DNA of 64,000 nt from Candidatus Zipacnadia bacterium (GCA_029820945.1 JALGUJ010000010.1:6782-70781); one strand, 5' to 3'. Positions 1 through 7,986 are shown, counted from the stretch's first letter. Notes: generated by a model from the letters alone, not told the origin. Program-made: numbers and translations.

Positions 1-1
1 G

Positions 2-1951
2 GCCGCGATCGACAGGATCCACGCCGCCGGGCTGCACGCGGGCGTGCACGTCTTCGGCCCGACGATCTCCCCCAACGATCCCTACGTGACGCCGCTGCCC
101 AGCGACGAGCTGGCCTTCGTGGAGCTGCCGCCGCTGGCGGAGGCGGTGGACGCGGAGGCGACGACCATCACGCTGGGCGAGCAGCCCGGCAACTGGCCGC
201 CGGAGCAGTGGCGGAGCCGGGCCTTCCCCGGCCAGACGATCCGCATCGGCGATGAGCTGATCGACTACGCGGCGGAGGCGGTCGGGCCGCCCTTCCGCTT
301 CACCGGATGCACGCGCGGCGCGCACGGCACGGTCGCCGCGGAGCATCCGGCGCAGGCCGAAGTCAAGGGGATGCTCAGGCAGTGGCACTTCTTCCTCGTG
401 CAGCCCGATACGGATCTGGCCGAGGAGATCACAACCAACTTCGCGGCCCGCGTCAACGAGCTCGGCCTCGACATGGTCTACTTCGACGCCAGCGAGGGAG
501 CCGGGCCGCCCTACCACGATCAGTGGTACTACCTCAACCGGATGCACCTGGGGTACTACTCGAAGTTCGACCATGACGTGCTCTACCAGACCTCCACCGG
601 AACCGGCCGGAACATGCTGTGGCACATCGTGCCGCGCAGCGCATCGGCGGACGGCCACGGGGACATCAAGGGCTACCTCGACGGGCGCTGGCCGGGGATC
701 CTCAACCAGGCCGCGAACTGGACGCGCTCGGACATCGGCTGGTACTACATGTTCAAGGACGTCCGCCCCGATCAGATCGAGTACGTGCGAGCGAAGGCCC
801 TCGGCCTGGGCGCATCGATCTCCATCGAGGCATCGCGGCAGTCGCTGGAGTCGCTGCCCCTGGCGCGGAAGACCTTCGAGATGCTCGCGCGCTACGAGCG
901 GGCGCGGCTGGCGGGCTTCCCGCCCCCCGAGCTCGCTGAACGGATGCTCGAGCCCGGCACCGACTTCCGGCTGTTTGAGGGGGATGAGGGCTTCCGGCTC
1001 CACCGGGCGGTCTACGAGGAGCCGCGGCGAGTGGATGTGCTCGACGGCGAGGCCAACGTCTGGCAGATCGTCAACGACCGCGACCGGCCGTGCGATCTCG
1101 GCGTCGAGATCGTCCGCGGCACGGAGACGGTCGCCGCGCGCGCCTACGGTGACCCGGGCGCGCTCACGATCGAGAGCTTCGATGATCCGCAGGCGTGGCT
1201 GCCGAGCGAGGCGAACGACTACGAGAAGCACGTGCTCGGGGCGCGGAAGGAGATGACCGAGACCGGGCCGGTGATGGCCGGCGTCACCCAGGCCATGGAC
1301 GCTGCGGAGCAGGCGCGCATCGGCGAGGGCGCCCTGGCCTGGTCGGCGGGCAATGAGGCCGCCATGAACGGCTGGAGCGGCATCGGGCGCCGGCTCGACC
1401 CGCCTCTGGACCTGAGCGCATACTCGGGCATCGGCATCTGGATCCACGGCGACGGGATGCACGAGATCGTGCGCGTGCAGCTCCGGGACGTCGAGGGCCA
1501 TTACGCCGAGAAGCTGGTCACCATCGACCACAGGGGCTGGAGCCTGCACACATTCGCGCTGCAGGGGAGTGGGTTCGACGCGTCGCAGGTCGGGTACCTG
1601 GTCTTCTGCCTGAACCGCATCCCGCGAGGGGCCTCGGTGCGGGTTGTGCTCGATGACATGCGGGCCATCCCCGAGACCTCGGGCGCGATGAACCTGCTCA
1701 ATCCCGCGCTGGTGCTCAACGGCAGGCGTATTGAGCTGCCCCTGACCCTGGAGCCGGGGCAGGCCGTGACCTGCGACGGCCCCGACGGCGCGGTCTTCTG
1801 GCCGCCGGGGATGGAGCCGGGCGAGCCGCTGGACCTGGACGTTGCTGCCCTGCGCCTGCAGCCCGGCGAGAACACGGTGGTGCTCGAGTCCGAGGGCGAC
1901 TTCCCCGGCGACGTGCACGTGATCCTCCACCGCATGTGGCCGGTGGAGTGA
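2..1951 (+). CDS. hypothetical protein, 5'-truncated by the window edge; possibly glycan-active with a C-terminal beta-sandwich/CBM-like part
   Basis: The frame is open from position 2 (no stop before the listed GTG at 44) to TGA 1949-1951. Amino-acid composition is ordinary, unlike the Arg/Ala/Pro-rich overlapping frames. No family recognised by eye. Confidence 0.6.
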   Translation, partial: AAIDRIHAAGLHAGVHVFGPTISPNDPYVTPLPSDELAFVELPPLAEAVDAEATTITLGEQPGNWPPEQWRSRAFPGQTIRIGDELIDYAAEAVGPPFRFTGCTRGAHGTVAAEHPAQAEVKGMLRQWHFFLVQPDTDLAEEITTNFAARVNELGLDMVYFDASEGAGPPYHDQWYYLNRMHLGYYSKFDHDVLYQTSTGTGRNMLWHIVPRSASADGHGDIKGYLDGRWPGILNQAANWTRSDIGWYYMFKDVRPDQIEYVRAKALGLGASISIEASRQSLESLPLARKTFEMLARYERARLAGFPPPELAERMLEPGTDFRLFEGDEGFRLHRAVYEEPRRVDVLDGEANVWQIVNDRDRPCDLGVEIVRGTETVAARAYGDPGALTIESFDDPQAWLPSEANDYEKHVLGARKEMTETGPVMAGVTQAMDAAEQARIGEGALAWSAGNEAAMNGWSGIGRRLDPPLDLSAYSGIGIWIHGDGMHEIVRVQLRDVEGHYAEKLVTIDHRGWSLHTFALQGSGFDASQVGYLVFCLNRIPRGASVRVVLDDMRAIPETSGAMNLLNPALVLNGRRIELPLTLEPGQAVTCDGPDGAVFWPPGMEPGEPLDLDVAALRLQPGENTVVLESEGDFPGDVHVILHRMWPVE

Positions 1952-2030
1952 GTCTGGAGTCTCGAGTTGCGAGTTTTGAGTTTCGAGTTTCGAGTTGTTA
2001 GTTGCGAGTTGCGAGTTTGGAGTTCCGAGG
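1950..2030 (+). repeat. 11 in-phase heptanucleotide units (G/U)AGU-N3 plus a partial 12th
   Basis: Read directly: GAGTCTG GAGTCTC GAGTTGC GAGTTTT GAGTTTC GAGTTTC GAGTTGT TAGTTGC GAGTTGC GAGTTTG GAGTTCC GAGG. Local GC is far below the window average. The array lies between the stop of the upstream gene and the SD of the downstream gene. Confidence 0.95.
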
Positions 2031-2063
2031 CGCGCGTCGCGGCGGACCAAGGAGGGCGTTCGC

Positions 2064-2822
2064 ATGAAGCAGTCACTCGTCTGGTGGTCGTTCGTCAACA
2101 GCAGCACCTACTCCCCGGCGGAGATCATGTCCGCGGCCAAGGAGATCGGCTACGACGCCATGGAGATGATGGAGCCCGACCAGATCCCCATGGTCAAGGA
2201 CCACGGGCTGGAGGTCTCCCTGCTCATCGGGCATCAGTCGCTGGGCGATGGGATGAACGATCCCGACAACCACGATCGCATCGCGGATGAGCTGGCGGAG
2301 AGCATTCAGGTCGCGGCGGATAACGACGTGCCGGTGTTGTGCTGCTTCTCAGGCAACCGGCGATTCGGGCTCTCGGAGATCAAGGGCGCGGAGTACTGCG
2401 CGGAGATCCTGGCGCGCATGGCCCCGCAGGCCGAGCAGGCCGGCGTGACGCTGTGCATGGAGCTGCTCAACTCGAAGGTCGATCACCAGGGCTACCAGTG
2501 CGATAGCACGCCCTGGGGCGTGCACGTCTGCCGCATGGTCAACTCGCCGGCGGTCAAGCTCCTGTACGACGTGTACCACATGCAGATCATGGAGGGCGAC
2601 GTGATCCGCACGGTCACGGAGAACATCGAGTGGATCGGGCACTTCCACACCGGCGGCAACCCGGGGCGCAATGACCTCGACGACCAGCAGGAGATCTACT
2701 ACCCGGCGCTCGCCCGCGCCATCGCCGACAGCGGCTATGAGGGCTACGTCGCGCACGAGTTCCGGCCCAAGGGGGACACGATCGAGGCCGCGCAGGCGGC
2801 CTTCGAGATCTTCGACGTCTGA
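2064..2822 (+). CDS. xylose-isomerase-like TIM-barrel protein (hydroxypyruvate isomerase / sugar phosphate isomerase-epimerase family)
   Basis: ATG 2064 is preceded by GGAGG at 2050-2054. Motifs WIGHFHTGGNPGR and YEGYVAHEF are typical of Hyi-like TIM-barrel isomerases. Confidence 0.8.
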   Translation: MKQSLVWWSFVNSSTYSPAEIMSAAKEIGYDAMEMMEPDQIPMVKDHGLEVSLLIGHQSLGDGMNDPDNHDRIADELAESIQVAADNDVPVLCCFSGNRRFGLSEIKGAEYCAEILARMAPQAEQAGVTLCMELLNSKVDHQGYQCDSTPWGVHVCRMVNSPAVKLLYDVYHMQIMEGDVIRTVTENIEWIGHFHTGGNPGRNDLDDQQEIYYPALARAIADSGYEGYVAHEFRPKGDTIEAAQAAFEIFDV

Positions 2823-2857
2823 GGGCGGAAGCCATGAGGCGAGGGGAGGTGGCACGC

Positions 2858-4738
2858 ATGCGCAGGTGGGCGGGAGTATTGTGCCTGATGTTGGTGGTGG
2901 CGCCGTGCGCATCGTGCGCCGCGCAGGACGCGACGGTGACGGTAGACACGTCGGTCCGCCACCAGACGATCCTCGGCTGGGGGAAGAGCACGCCGTGGGC
3001 CCCGGCGCCGGCGCTGGTGCGCGAGATCGTGCTGGAGCGGGCGGTGAACGACCTGGGTCTGACACGCCTGCGCCTGGAGCCCCCCAGCGGCAATCGCACG
3101 ACGCACCGCAACTGGGAGTGGGTCAACGACAACGAGGATCCGCGCGAGATCAACTGGGAGGGCTTCAGCACCCAGGCACTGGACGCCCGGGTGAGCGAGT
3201 GGGTGGTGCCCTTCAAGGAAGCGGTCGAGGCTCGGGGGGAGCCTTTCACTCTCTACGTCAGCCCGTCGTTCTTCGATGGCGGCTCCAGCGGCACCGTGCC
3301 GCCCTGGCTGCTGAACGATCCCGAGGAGTACGCCGAGTGGGCGACGGCGATTCTGCTGCGCCTCCGCGACAGGCATGGCGTGACCGCGGACTGCTACTGC
3401 ATCTGCAACGAGGCAGGGAATAACAACGCCTTCAGGCCGCAGACCGTCGGGGAGATGATTCGGGCGCTGGGGCCACGGATGCGGGAGTTGGGCCTGCCCA
3501 CCATGATCCAGTTCCCCGAGAGCATCAACGTCGCGGTGGCCATGCGCTACATCGAGGCGCTCCAGGATCAGGCGGACATCTGGGAGTGGGTGGGGCTCAT
3601 CAGCTACCATCTCTACGGCCCCAAGGATCGCCTGGCCGAGCTGCGCGAGTTCGCCTTCGCCCGCGGCCTGCCCACCGCACAGACCGAGTTCATGCGCTTG
3701 ACCATCGACGACCTCTATCGGGACCTGACCGTGGGCGGCTGCTCATACTGGGAGATCTACGGGCTGGGCGGCCCCGACTACGCGACCATCGAGGGCGGCA
3801 TCAGCTCCGACAGCTTCCGCGGCGGCAACCACTACTGGCGTTTCCGGCAGGTGCTGCACTACGTCCGGCCCGGCGCGGTGCGCGTCGAGGCCACCTCCAG
3901 CGACCCGACGCTGCGCGTGCTGGCCTTCGAGGACGACGGCGCCGTGACAGTGGTGTTGATCAACACCACGCAGCCCCACGAGGACCGCGCGGTGACCCTC
4001 GCGGGGCTGCCGCCCGGCATCTACGGCGTCTGCCGCACCGTGGGCGCAGGCCCGTACGACGAGGGCGGCCTGATTGACGTGCGCGCGGATGGCAGGGCGT
4101 CGCTCGATGTGGTCGCCGACAGCGTCTACACGCTGTACCCCCATCCCGGCGCGAACCAGCCGCCGACGGTCACCGCCTGGCGGGCGCGGCCGGCTTTCCT
4201 GCACACACCCGATGACAGCGTGAGGCTGTCGGTGGCCGCGACCGACGCGGACCTGGATGACCTGCGCTGCGCCTGGCGCGTGGTGACGCAGCCGCAGGGC
4301 GCGCAGGTGAGCATCGCCGATGCCATGGCGCCCTCGACACAGGCCTCGGGCCTCTCGGTGCCGGGCGAGTATCTGTTCGCCGTCGAGGTCAGCGACGGCG
4401 AGCACGCCGTCGAGCGGCGCCTGATGGTGCCCGTGTTCGCCGAGAACCAGCCGCCGGTGCCCGTGGATGTGCACAACCGCATCCCGGTGATGGTCAGCGT
4501 GCGTGAGGGCCGGACTGAACTCCGGGGCGGGGGGCGCGACGTCGAGGGGGATACGCTGACCATCCGCTGGAGCATCGCCAGCCAGCCGCCGGGTGCGAAC
4601 GCGCTGCTGGAGACGCCCGGCGAGCAGAAGTGCCAGGTGACGGGCCTGACCGTCCCCGGCGACTACGTCTTCCGCTTCGAGCTGAGCGACCCGACGCACA
4701 CAGTCGCCGAGGAGCTGACGGTGCCGGTGACGCGGTAG
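2858..4738 (+). CDS. secreted GH30-like glycoside hydrolase with two C-terminal Ig/PKD-like repeats
   Basis: Signal peptide [24 protein letters not shown]-terminal motif QTILGWG. Catalytic-region motifs CNEAGNN and AQTEF are GH30/GH5-clan like. The C-terminus has two about 95-aa repeats (..[12 protein letters not shown].. / ..DTLTIRWSI..). ATG 2834 is an alternative start. Confidence 0.7.
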   Translation: MRRWAGVLCLMLVVAPCASCAAQDATVTVDTSVRHQTILGWGKSTPWAPAPALVREIVLERAVNDLGLTRLRLEPPSGNRTTHRNWEWVNDNEDPREINWEGFSTQALDARVSEWVVPFKEAVEARGEPFTLYVSPSFFDGGSSGTVPPWLLNDPEEYAEWATAILLRLRDRHGVTADCYCICNEAGNNNAFRPQTVGEMIRALGPRMRELGLPTMIQFPESINVAVAMRYIEALQDQADIWEWVGLISYHLYGPKDRLAELREFAFARGLPTAQTEFMRLTIDDLYRDLTVGGCSYWEIYGLGGPDYATIEGGISSDSFRGGNHYWRFRQVLHYVRPGAVRVEATSSDPTLRVLAFEDDGAVTVVLINTTQPHEDRAVTLAGLPPGIYGVCRTVGAGPYDEGGLIDVRADGRASLDVVADSVYTLYPHPGANQPPTVTAWRARPAFLHTPDDSVRLSVAATDADLDDLRCAWRVVTQPQGAQVSIADAMAPSTQASGLSVPGEYLFAVEVSDGEHAVERRLMVPVFAENQPPVPVDVHNRIPVMVSVREGRTELRGGGRDVEGDTLTIRWSIASQPPGANALLETPGEQKCQVTGLTVPGDYVFRFELSDPTHTVAEELTVPVTR

Positions 4739-4937
4739 GCCCGCGAGAGGATCTGCGGCCGTGTCGGGCGACCGGGAACTCCCAGGCGCCCGGCTACCGT
4801 TTACACTCACGCGGAACCCATGCGGCGGTGCCGCCATGAGACGGGCGAGGGCACTCTGCTCGAGGTCCCGACGGCGACGGGTCTGCGTGCGTCGCCTGCA
4901 CCGCCACGCCCTCTCGGGACGGGAGGTCACCGGTCTC

Positions 4938-5573
4938 ATGACCCGCCAAGGATTCACGCTCATCGAGCTGCTCGTGGTCATCGCTATCATCGCCATCCTG
5001 GCCGCGATTCTCTTCCCCGTGTTCGCGGGAGCGCGGGAGAAGGCCCGGCAGACGACCTGCCAGAGCAACCTCAGGCAGTGGAGCATGGCCATGCGGATGT
5101 ACTATCAGGACTACGACGAGCGCGTCTGCCCGGCGCGACTTGACGACAACCTGTACGGGACAGCCGGCATCTGCTGGGACTACCTGGTCATGTCCTACGT
5201 GAACAACGACCAGATTCTGATCTGCCCCAGCGACGGCGAGCCGAAGCAGGCCATCAACTGCTACAGCCACGAGAAGAGCTATGGCGTGAACTACGAGGTG
5301 CACCCACTTCAGGGCTACGGCGGCTATGGCTCGCCGCATCCGAGGGCGTGGCCGCCGCGTCGGATGTCCTCCTTCCTGGAGCCCGCCGAGGTGATCTCGA
5401 TCGTTGACCTCGACTACCCCTCCGCCGGTGTGGACTACACCAGTATCGGCGAGCGGGTGGCATGGCGGCACAATGAGCTGGGCAACGTGGCCTTCCTCGA
5501 CGGCCACGTCAAGGCCATGCGCGAGAACGCCACCCTGGCGCCAAACGATCTCTGGATCCCCGACGTGCTGTAG
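4938..5573 (+). CDS. prepilin-type N-terminal cleavage/methylation domain protein, H-X9-DG family (pseudopilin-like)
   Basis: N-terminus is [30 protein letters not shown]-terminal motif is [16 protein letters not shown] (H, nine residues, then DG). The track ORF start at 4761 is probably too far upstream. Confidence 0.9.
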   Translation: MTRQGFTLIELLVVIAIIAILAAILFPVFAGAREKARQTTCQSNLRQWSMAMRMYYQDYDERVCPARLDDNLYGTAGICWDYLVMSYVNNDQILICPSDGEPKQAINCYSHEKSYGVNYEVHPLQGYGGYGSPHPRAWPPRRMSSFLEPAEVISIVDLDYPSAGVDYTSIGERVAWRHNELGNVAFLDGHVKAMRENATLAPNDLWIPDVL

Positions 5574-5585
5574 GAGCACCACTGG

Positions 5586-5610
5586 GGCCCGCAGACGGCC
5601 TCCGGGCCGG
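5586..5610. repeat. GC-rich imperfect palindrome (left flank of the HNH cassette); may also terminate the pseudopilin gene
   Basis: GGCCCG-CAGACGGCCTC-CGGGCC. Its reverse complement shares CCGGAGGCCG and CTGCGGGCC with the palindrome at 6720-6750. Confidence 0.7.
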
Positions 5611-5639
5611 TTGACACCGTGATGCGGCTCTGCTAAGAT
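5611..5639 (+). promoter_or_regulatory. sigma70-like promoter TTGACA-17nt-TAAGAT
   Basis: TTGACA at 5611-5616, an exactly 17-nt spacer, then TAAGAT at 5634-5639. It sits in an AT-enriched patch of an otherwise GC-rich intergenic region. Confidence 0.6.
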
Positions 5640-5645
5640 AACCAC

Positions 5646-5858
5646 GGTCCACGCGCGGCCATGGGCTGGCGGGCGCGGGTGGCACGTCGTATGCAGTCGT
5701 CGTGGAGCCATCAGCATGCCTGTTCCCTATCTGAGCACGAAAAAGCGGGCCGGTGAGGACGCCGCTCCGGGTTTCCGGATACGGCCCCGCGCTCCACAGG
5801 TACCGGTGCTGTGCTGATACCGATCTCAAGGCCCGCTGCCACCCGCAGCGGGCCTTTG
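5646..5858 (+). ncRNA. candidate structured small RNA or leader (class unknown), about 210 nt
   Basis: Bounded by the promoter at 5611-5639 and a stem-loop at 5828-5856 (AAGGCCCGCTG / CAGCGGGCCTT) followed by TTT. Internal hairpins include AGCGG..CCGCT and CCGG-GTTT-CCGG. There is no credible ORF. It ends 45 nt before the HNH start codon. Confidence 0.45.
5828..5858 (+). terminator. intrinsic-terminator-like hairpin
   Basis: An 11-bp stem (AAGGCCCGCTG ... CAGCGGGCCTT) with a 7-nt loop, followed by TTTG. Confidence 0.6.
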
Positions 5859-5902
5859 CATTCGCTACACAGCCGGGGTGGCGCAAGGGCTGACACCACA
5901 CC

Positions 5903-6433
5903 ATGAATGGCCAGGTGCTCGTCCTCAACCGAAACTACGAGCCGCTGTCGGTGTGCGGATGGCAGCGCGCAGTCTGCATGGTGTACGTGGGGAAGGCCGT
6001 GGTGGTAGAGGAGGACTCGCGCGTGCTGCACTCCCCCAGCGTGGAGATGCACGTGCCGACCGTCATCAAGCTCTCGTATCAGGTGAAGCGGCCGATGCCG
6101 AAGCTGAAGCTGTCGCGCCAGAACCTGCTGGCGCGGGACCGGTACACCTGTCAGTACTGCGGCCGCCGCAGCAAGAACCTGACCATCGACCACGTCATCC
6201 CGCGCGAGCGTGGCGGCACGTCAAGCTGGGAGAACCTCGTGGCGTGCTGCACCGACTGCAACAACAGGAAGGGCAATCGCACGCCGCGCGAGGCAGGGCT
6301 GCGCCTGATCCGCCGGCCGCGCCGACCCAAGTTCATCCCGTACCTCAGCTATGCGACCTTCACCGCGGCGGTCAAGAACCCCGCCTGGCGTTACTACCTC
6401 GAGCCCTTCGCCCCGCACCTGATCGGGTCCTAG
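5903..6433 (+). CDS. small HNH endonuclease with a PLMP-like N-terminal domain (IshB-like architecture)
   Basis: The C-terminal half has CQYCG..., IDHVIPRERGG, WENLVACCTDCNNRKGNRTP (CxxC...DH...N...CxxC-N, an HNH zinc-finger core). The N-terminus VLVLNRNYEPLSVCGWQRAVCMVYVGKAVVV follows the pattern of the IscB PLMP domain (V.V....G.PLMP....RA..LL..GKA.VV). Confidence 0.85.
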   Translation: MNGQVLVLNRNYEPLSVCGWQRAVCMVYVGKAVVVEEDSRVLHSPSVEMHVPTVIKLSYQVKRPMPKLKLSRQNLLARDRYTCQYCGRRSKNLTIDHVIPRERGGTSSWENLVACCTDCNNRKGNRTPREAGLRLIRRPRRPKFIPYLSYATFTAAVKNPAWRYYLEPFAPHLIGS

Positions 6434-6496
6434 CGCTTGGCTGCAGGATTGAGCGTGGGTTGCGGGGCACGGCAACGGCGCCTCACCCCCCGGCCC

Positions 6497-6541
6497 CCTC
6501 TCCGTGGAAACCGCACACGACGCGGTTTCAGGCGGGAGAGG
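6497..6541 (+). repeat. long two-tier hairpin in a non-coding gap
   Basis: CCTCTCC-GTG-GAAACCGC-ACACGAC-GCGGTTTC-AGGCG-GGAGAGG. It is preceded by CCTCACCCCCC, and a related element occurs at 44618-44644. Confidence 0.7.
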
Positions 6542-6719
6542 AGGAGAACACAACCGCTGGCGCTCATGCCGGACCGCTGCGGATTGCGTAGCACTCAGCG
6601 CTTGGCCCCTCCCACAGGCCCCGCGCGAAGCGCACGGTCAGTGCGAGCGCGGGGGAGGTCACTCGAGGCCACGCCAATGTCTGCAAGCAAGCAGTAGCGG
6701 CGCGAGCCGAGCGATTGCA

Positions 6720-6750
6720 CCGGAGGCCGGGCCTGCGGGCCCGGCCTCCG
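6720..6750. terminator. perfect 13-bp GC palindrome (right flank of the HNH cassette), terminator-like
   Basis: CGGAGGCCGGGCC-TGCG-GGCCCGGCCTCCG. It lies about 290 nt after the HNH stop and about 180 nt before the next gene. There is no clear T-tract. Confidence 0.6.
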
Positions 6751-6931
6751 CGCTTGTGTGATCGCGGGCATATCAGCGGCTGAGCCGCGGCGCGCGTGGG
6801 CAGCGTCTCTGGGGCGAGCCCCGCCGCGTCCGGGTCCCGCAGGCGGCGTCGCGCGGCAGGTCTCGCCGGCCTCACGTCGAACACCCAGGTGGCACACTCA
6901 GGCCCGCTCTCCAGAACTCGGAGGCAAACCA

Positions 6932-7960
6932 ATGGCCCTCTTCGACGACATCGAGGCCGTCCTGCAGCACAGGGCGCCGGAGCGCCTGCCCGTGTTCTGC
7001 CTGTCGCAGGAGTTCGATGCCAGGTACGCCGGCCTCACCTACCGCGAGTACATCAGCTCACCCGAGACGATCGTCGAGGTCCAGCTCGAGGTCATGGACC
7101 AGTTCGAGTGGGACTGGGCCTGGCTGCACCTGGACGACACGCTGGAGTTCGAGGCCCTGGGGGTCGGCGTGGCGGAGGGCGGCGAGAACGTGGTGCCGTG
7201 CACGGCCGACTACCGGGACTTCGACCGCGAGACGCTGCGCTCCCTGGAGGTGCCGGACCCGCGCTCGGCGAGGATGCCGCTGCTGCTGGACGCGGCGGCG
7301 GGCCTGCGCTCGCAGGTCGGTGACAGCAGGTGCATCACCGGCCGCGTAGCCGCGCCCTTCTCCGCGGTCACGCTCATCTTCGGGATGGAGCAGTCCTTGC
7401 TGATGATGCTCGATGACCCGGAGCTGTTCGCCGAGGCACTGGAGTTCGCCGAGGAGCAAGCGATCAGTTGGGGCGTGGCGCAGATCGAGGCCGGGTGCCA
7501 CGCCATCTGGCTGGGCGACTGCAACGCGTCGCTGCACCTCATCTCGCCCGAGCACTACCGCCGGTGGGCCCTGGAGCCGTGCCGGCGCGTCACCGAGGCC
7601 TTCCAGGAGGCCGGGGGGATGGTCATCCTGCACAACTCCGAGGATACCCTCGAGGGGCTCAAGCTCCAGGCCGAGACGGGCCCGGACGTGCTGTCCATGG
7701 GGCCGGGCCTGGACATCGCCCTGGCGATCGAGGAGTTCCGCGGGAAGCAGCCGCTGATGGGGAACGTCGATCCGATCGCGATGCTCACCGAGGGCTCGGC
7801 GTCCGAGGTCGCGGCCGAGACGGGGCGCCAGGTTCGGCTGATGGCCGGCGGCGGCTGCATCCTCAACTCCGGGGAGTGCGTGCCGCGTGAGGCCAAAGGC
7901 GCCAACCTGCACGCCATGGCCGACACTGCGCGGCAGATCTGGGAGCTCGTCGGTCCGTAG
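6932..7960 (+). CDS. uroporphyrinogen-decarboxylase (URO-D) family protein, MtaA/CmuA-like methyltransferase fold
   Basis: ATG 6932 follows GGAGG at 6920-6924. Length is about 342 aa. The overall pattern (PVFCLSQEF..., WLGDCNASL.., ILHNSEDT.., PLMGNVDP, ILNSGECVP) is typical of URO-D-like proteins. The track ORF start at 6758 is upstream of a better SD/ATG. Confidence 0.7.
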   Translation: MALFDDIEAVLQHRAPERLPVFCLSQEFDARYAGLTYREYISSPETIVEVQLEVMDQFEWDWAWLHLDDTLEFEALGVGVAEGGENVVPCTADYRDFDRETLRSLEVPDPRSARMPLLLDAAAGLRSQVGDSRCITGRVAAPFSAVTLIFGMEQSLLMMLDDPELFAEALEFAEEQAISWGVAQIEAGCHAIWLGDCNASLHLISPEHYRRWALEPCRRVTEAFQEAGGMVILHNSEDTLEGLKLQAETGPDVLSMGPGLDIALAIEEFRGKQPLMGNVDPIAMLTEGSASEVAAETGRQVRLMAGGGCILNSGECVPREAKGANLHAMADTARQIWELVGP

Positions 7961-7986
7961 CAGAGCAGATGACGAGGGGAGAATCG

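Noticed and set aside
1950-2030. Possible CRISPR-like or phase-variation repeat.
   Set aside because: The units are 7 nt with no spacers, so it is not CRISPR. The units are imperfect and non-coding, so it is a poor substrate for slipped-strand switching. It is kept as a candidate RNA-protein binding array instead.
1501-2076. Minus-strand ORF whose product contains the repeat TRNS(Q/K/R)L.
   Set aside because: The peptide repeat is just the translation of the heptanucleotide DNA array (7 nt is not a multiple of 3, so the phase drifts). The rest overlaps the C-terminus of the plus-strand gene.
5716-5800. Weak resemblance of the candidate RNA to TPP-riboswitch (CTGAGC ... TCCGGATACGGCC), GEMM-I (GGACGCCGCTCCGGG) and E. 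coli 6S RNA (CTGAG..AAGCGGGCC) segments.
   Set aside because: Only short fragments match. The obligatory partner elements are missing (ACCTGATC and GGGGTGC for TPP, the GNRA-receptor pair for GEMM-I, and 5'/3' closing-stem complementarity for 6S). The gene context does not fit either.
6855-6871. B12-box-like string on the minus strand (GGCCGGCGAGACCTGCC), with a GCCACCTG motif about 30 nt upstream of it on that strand. It looked interesting because the neighbour is a possible corrinoid-type methyltransferase fold.
   Set aside because: It is on the wrong strand for the URO-D-like gene. The upstream half of a cobalamin riboswitch would fall inside that gene's coding region. The GGGAA / GGTGAAA / GCCACTG core elements are not present. 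No minus-strand gene lies downstream.
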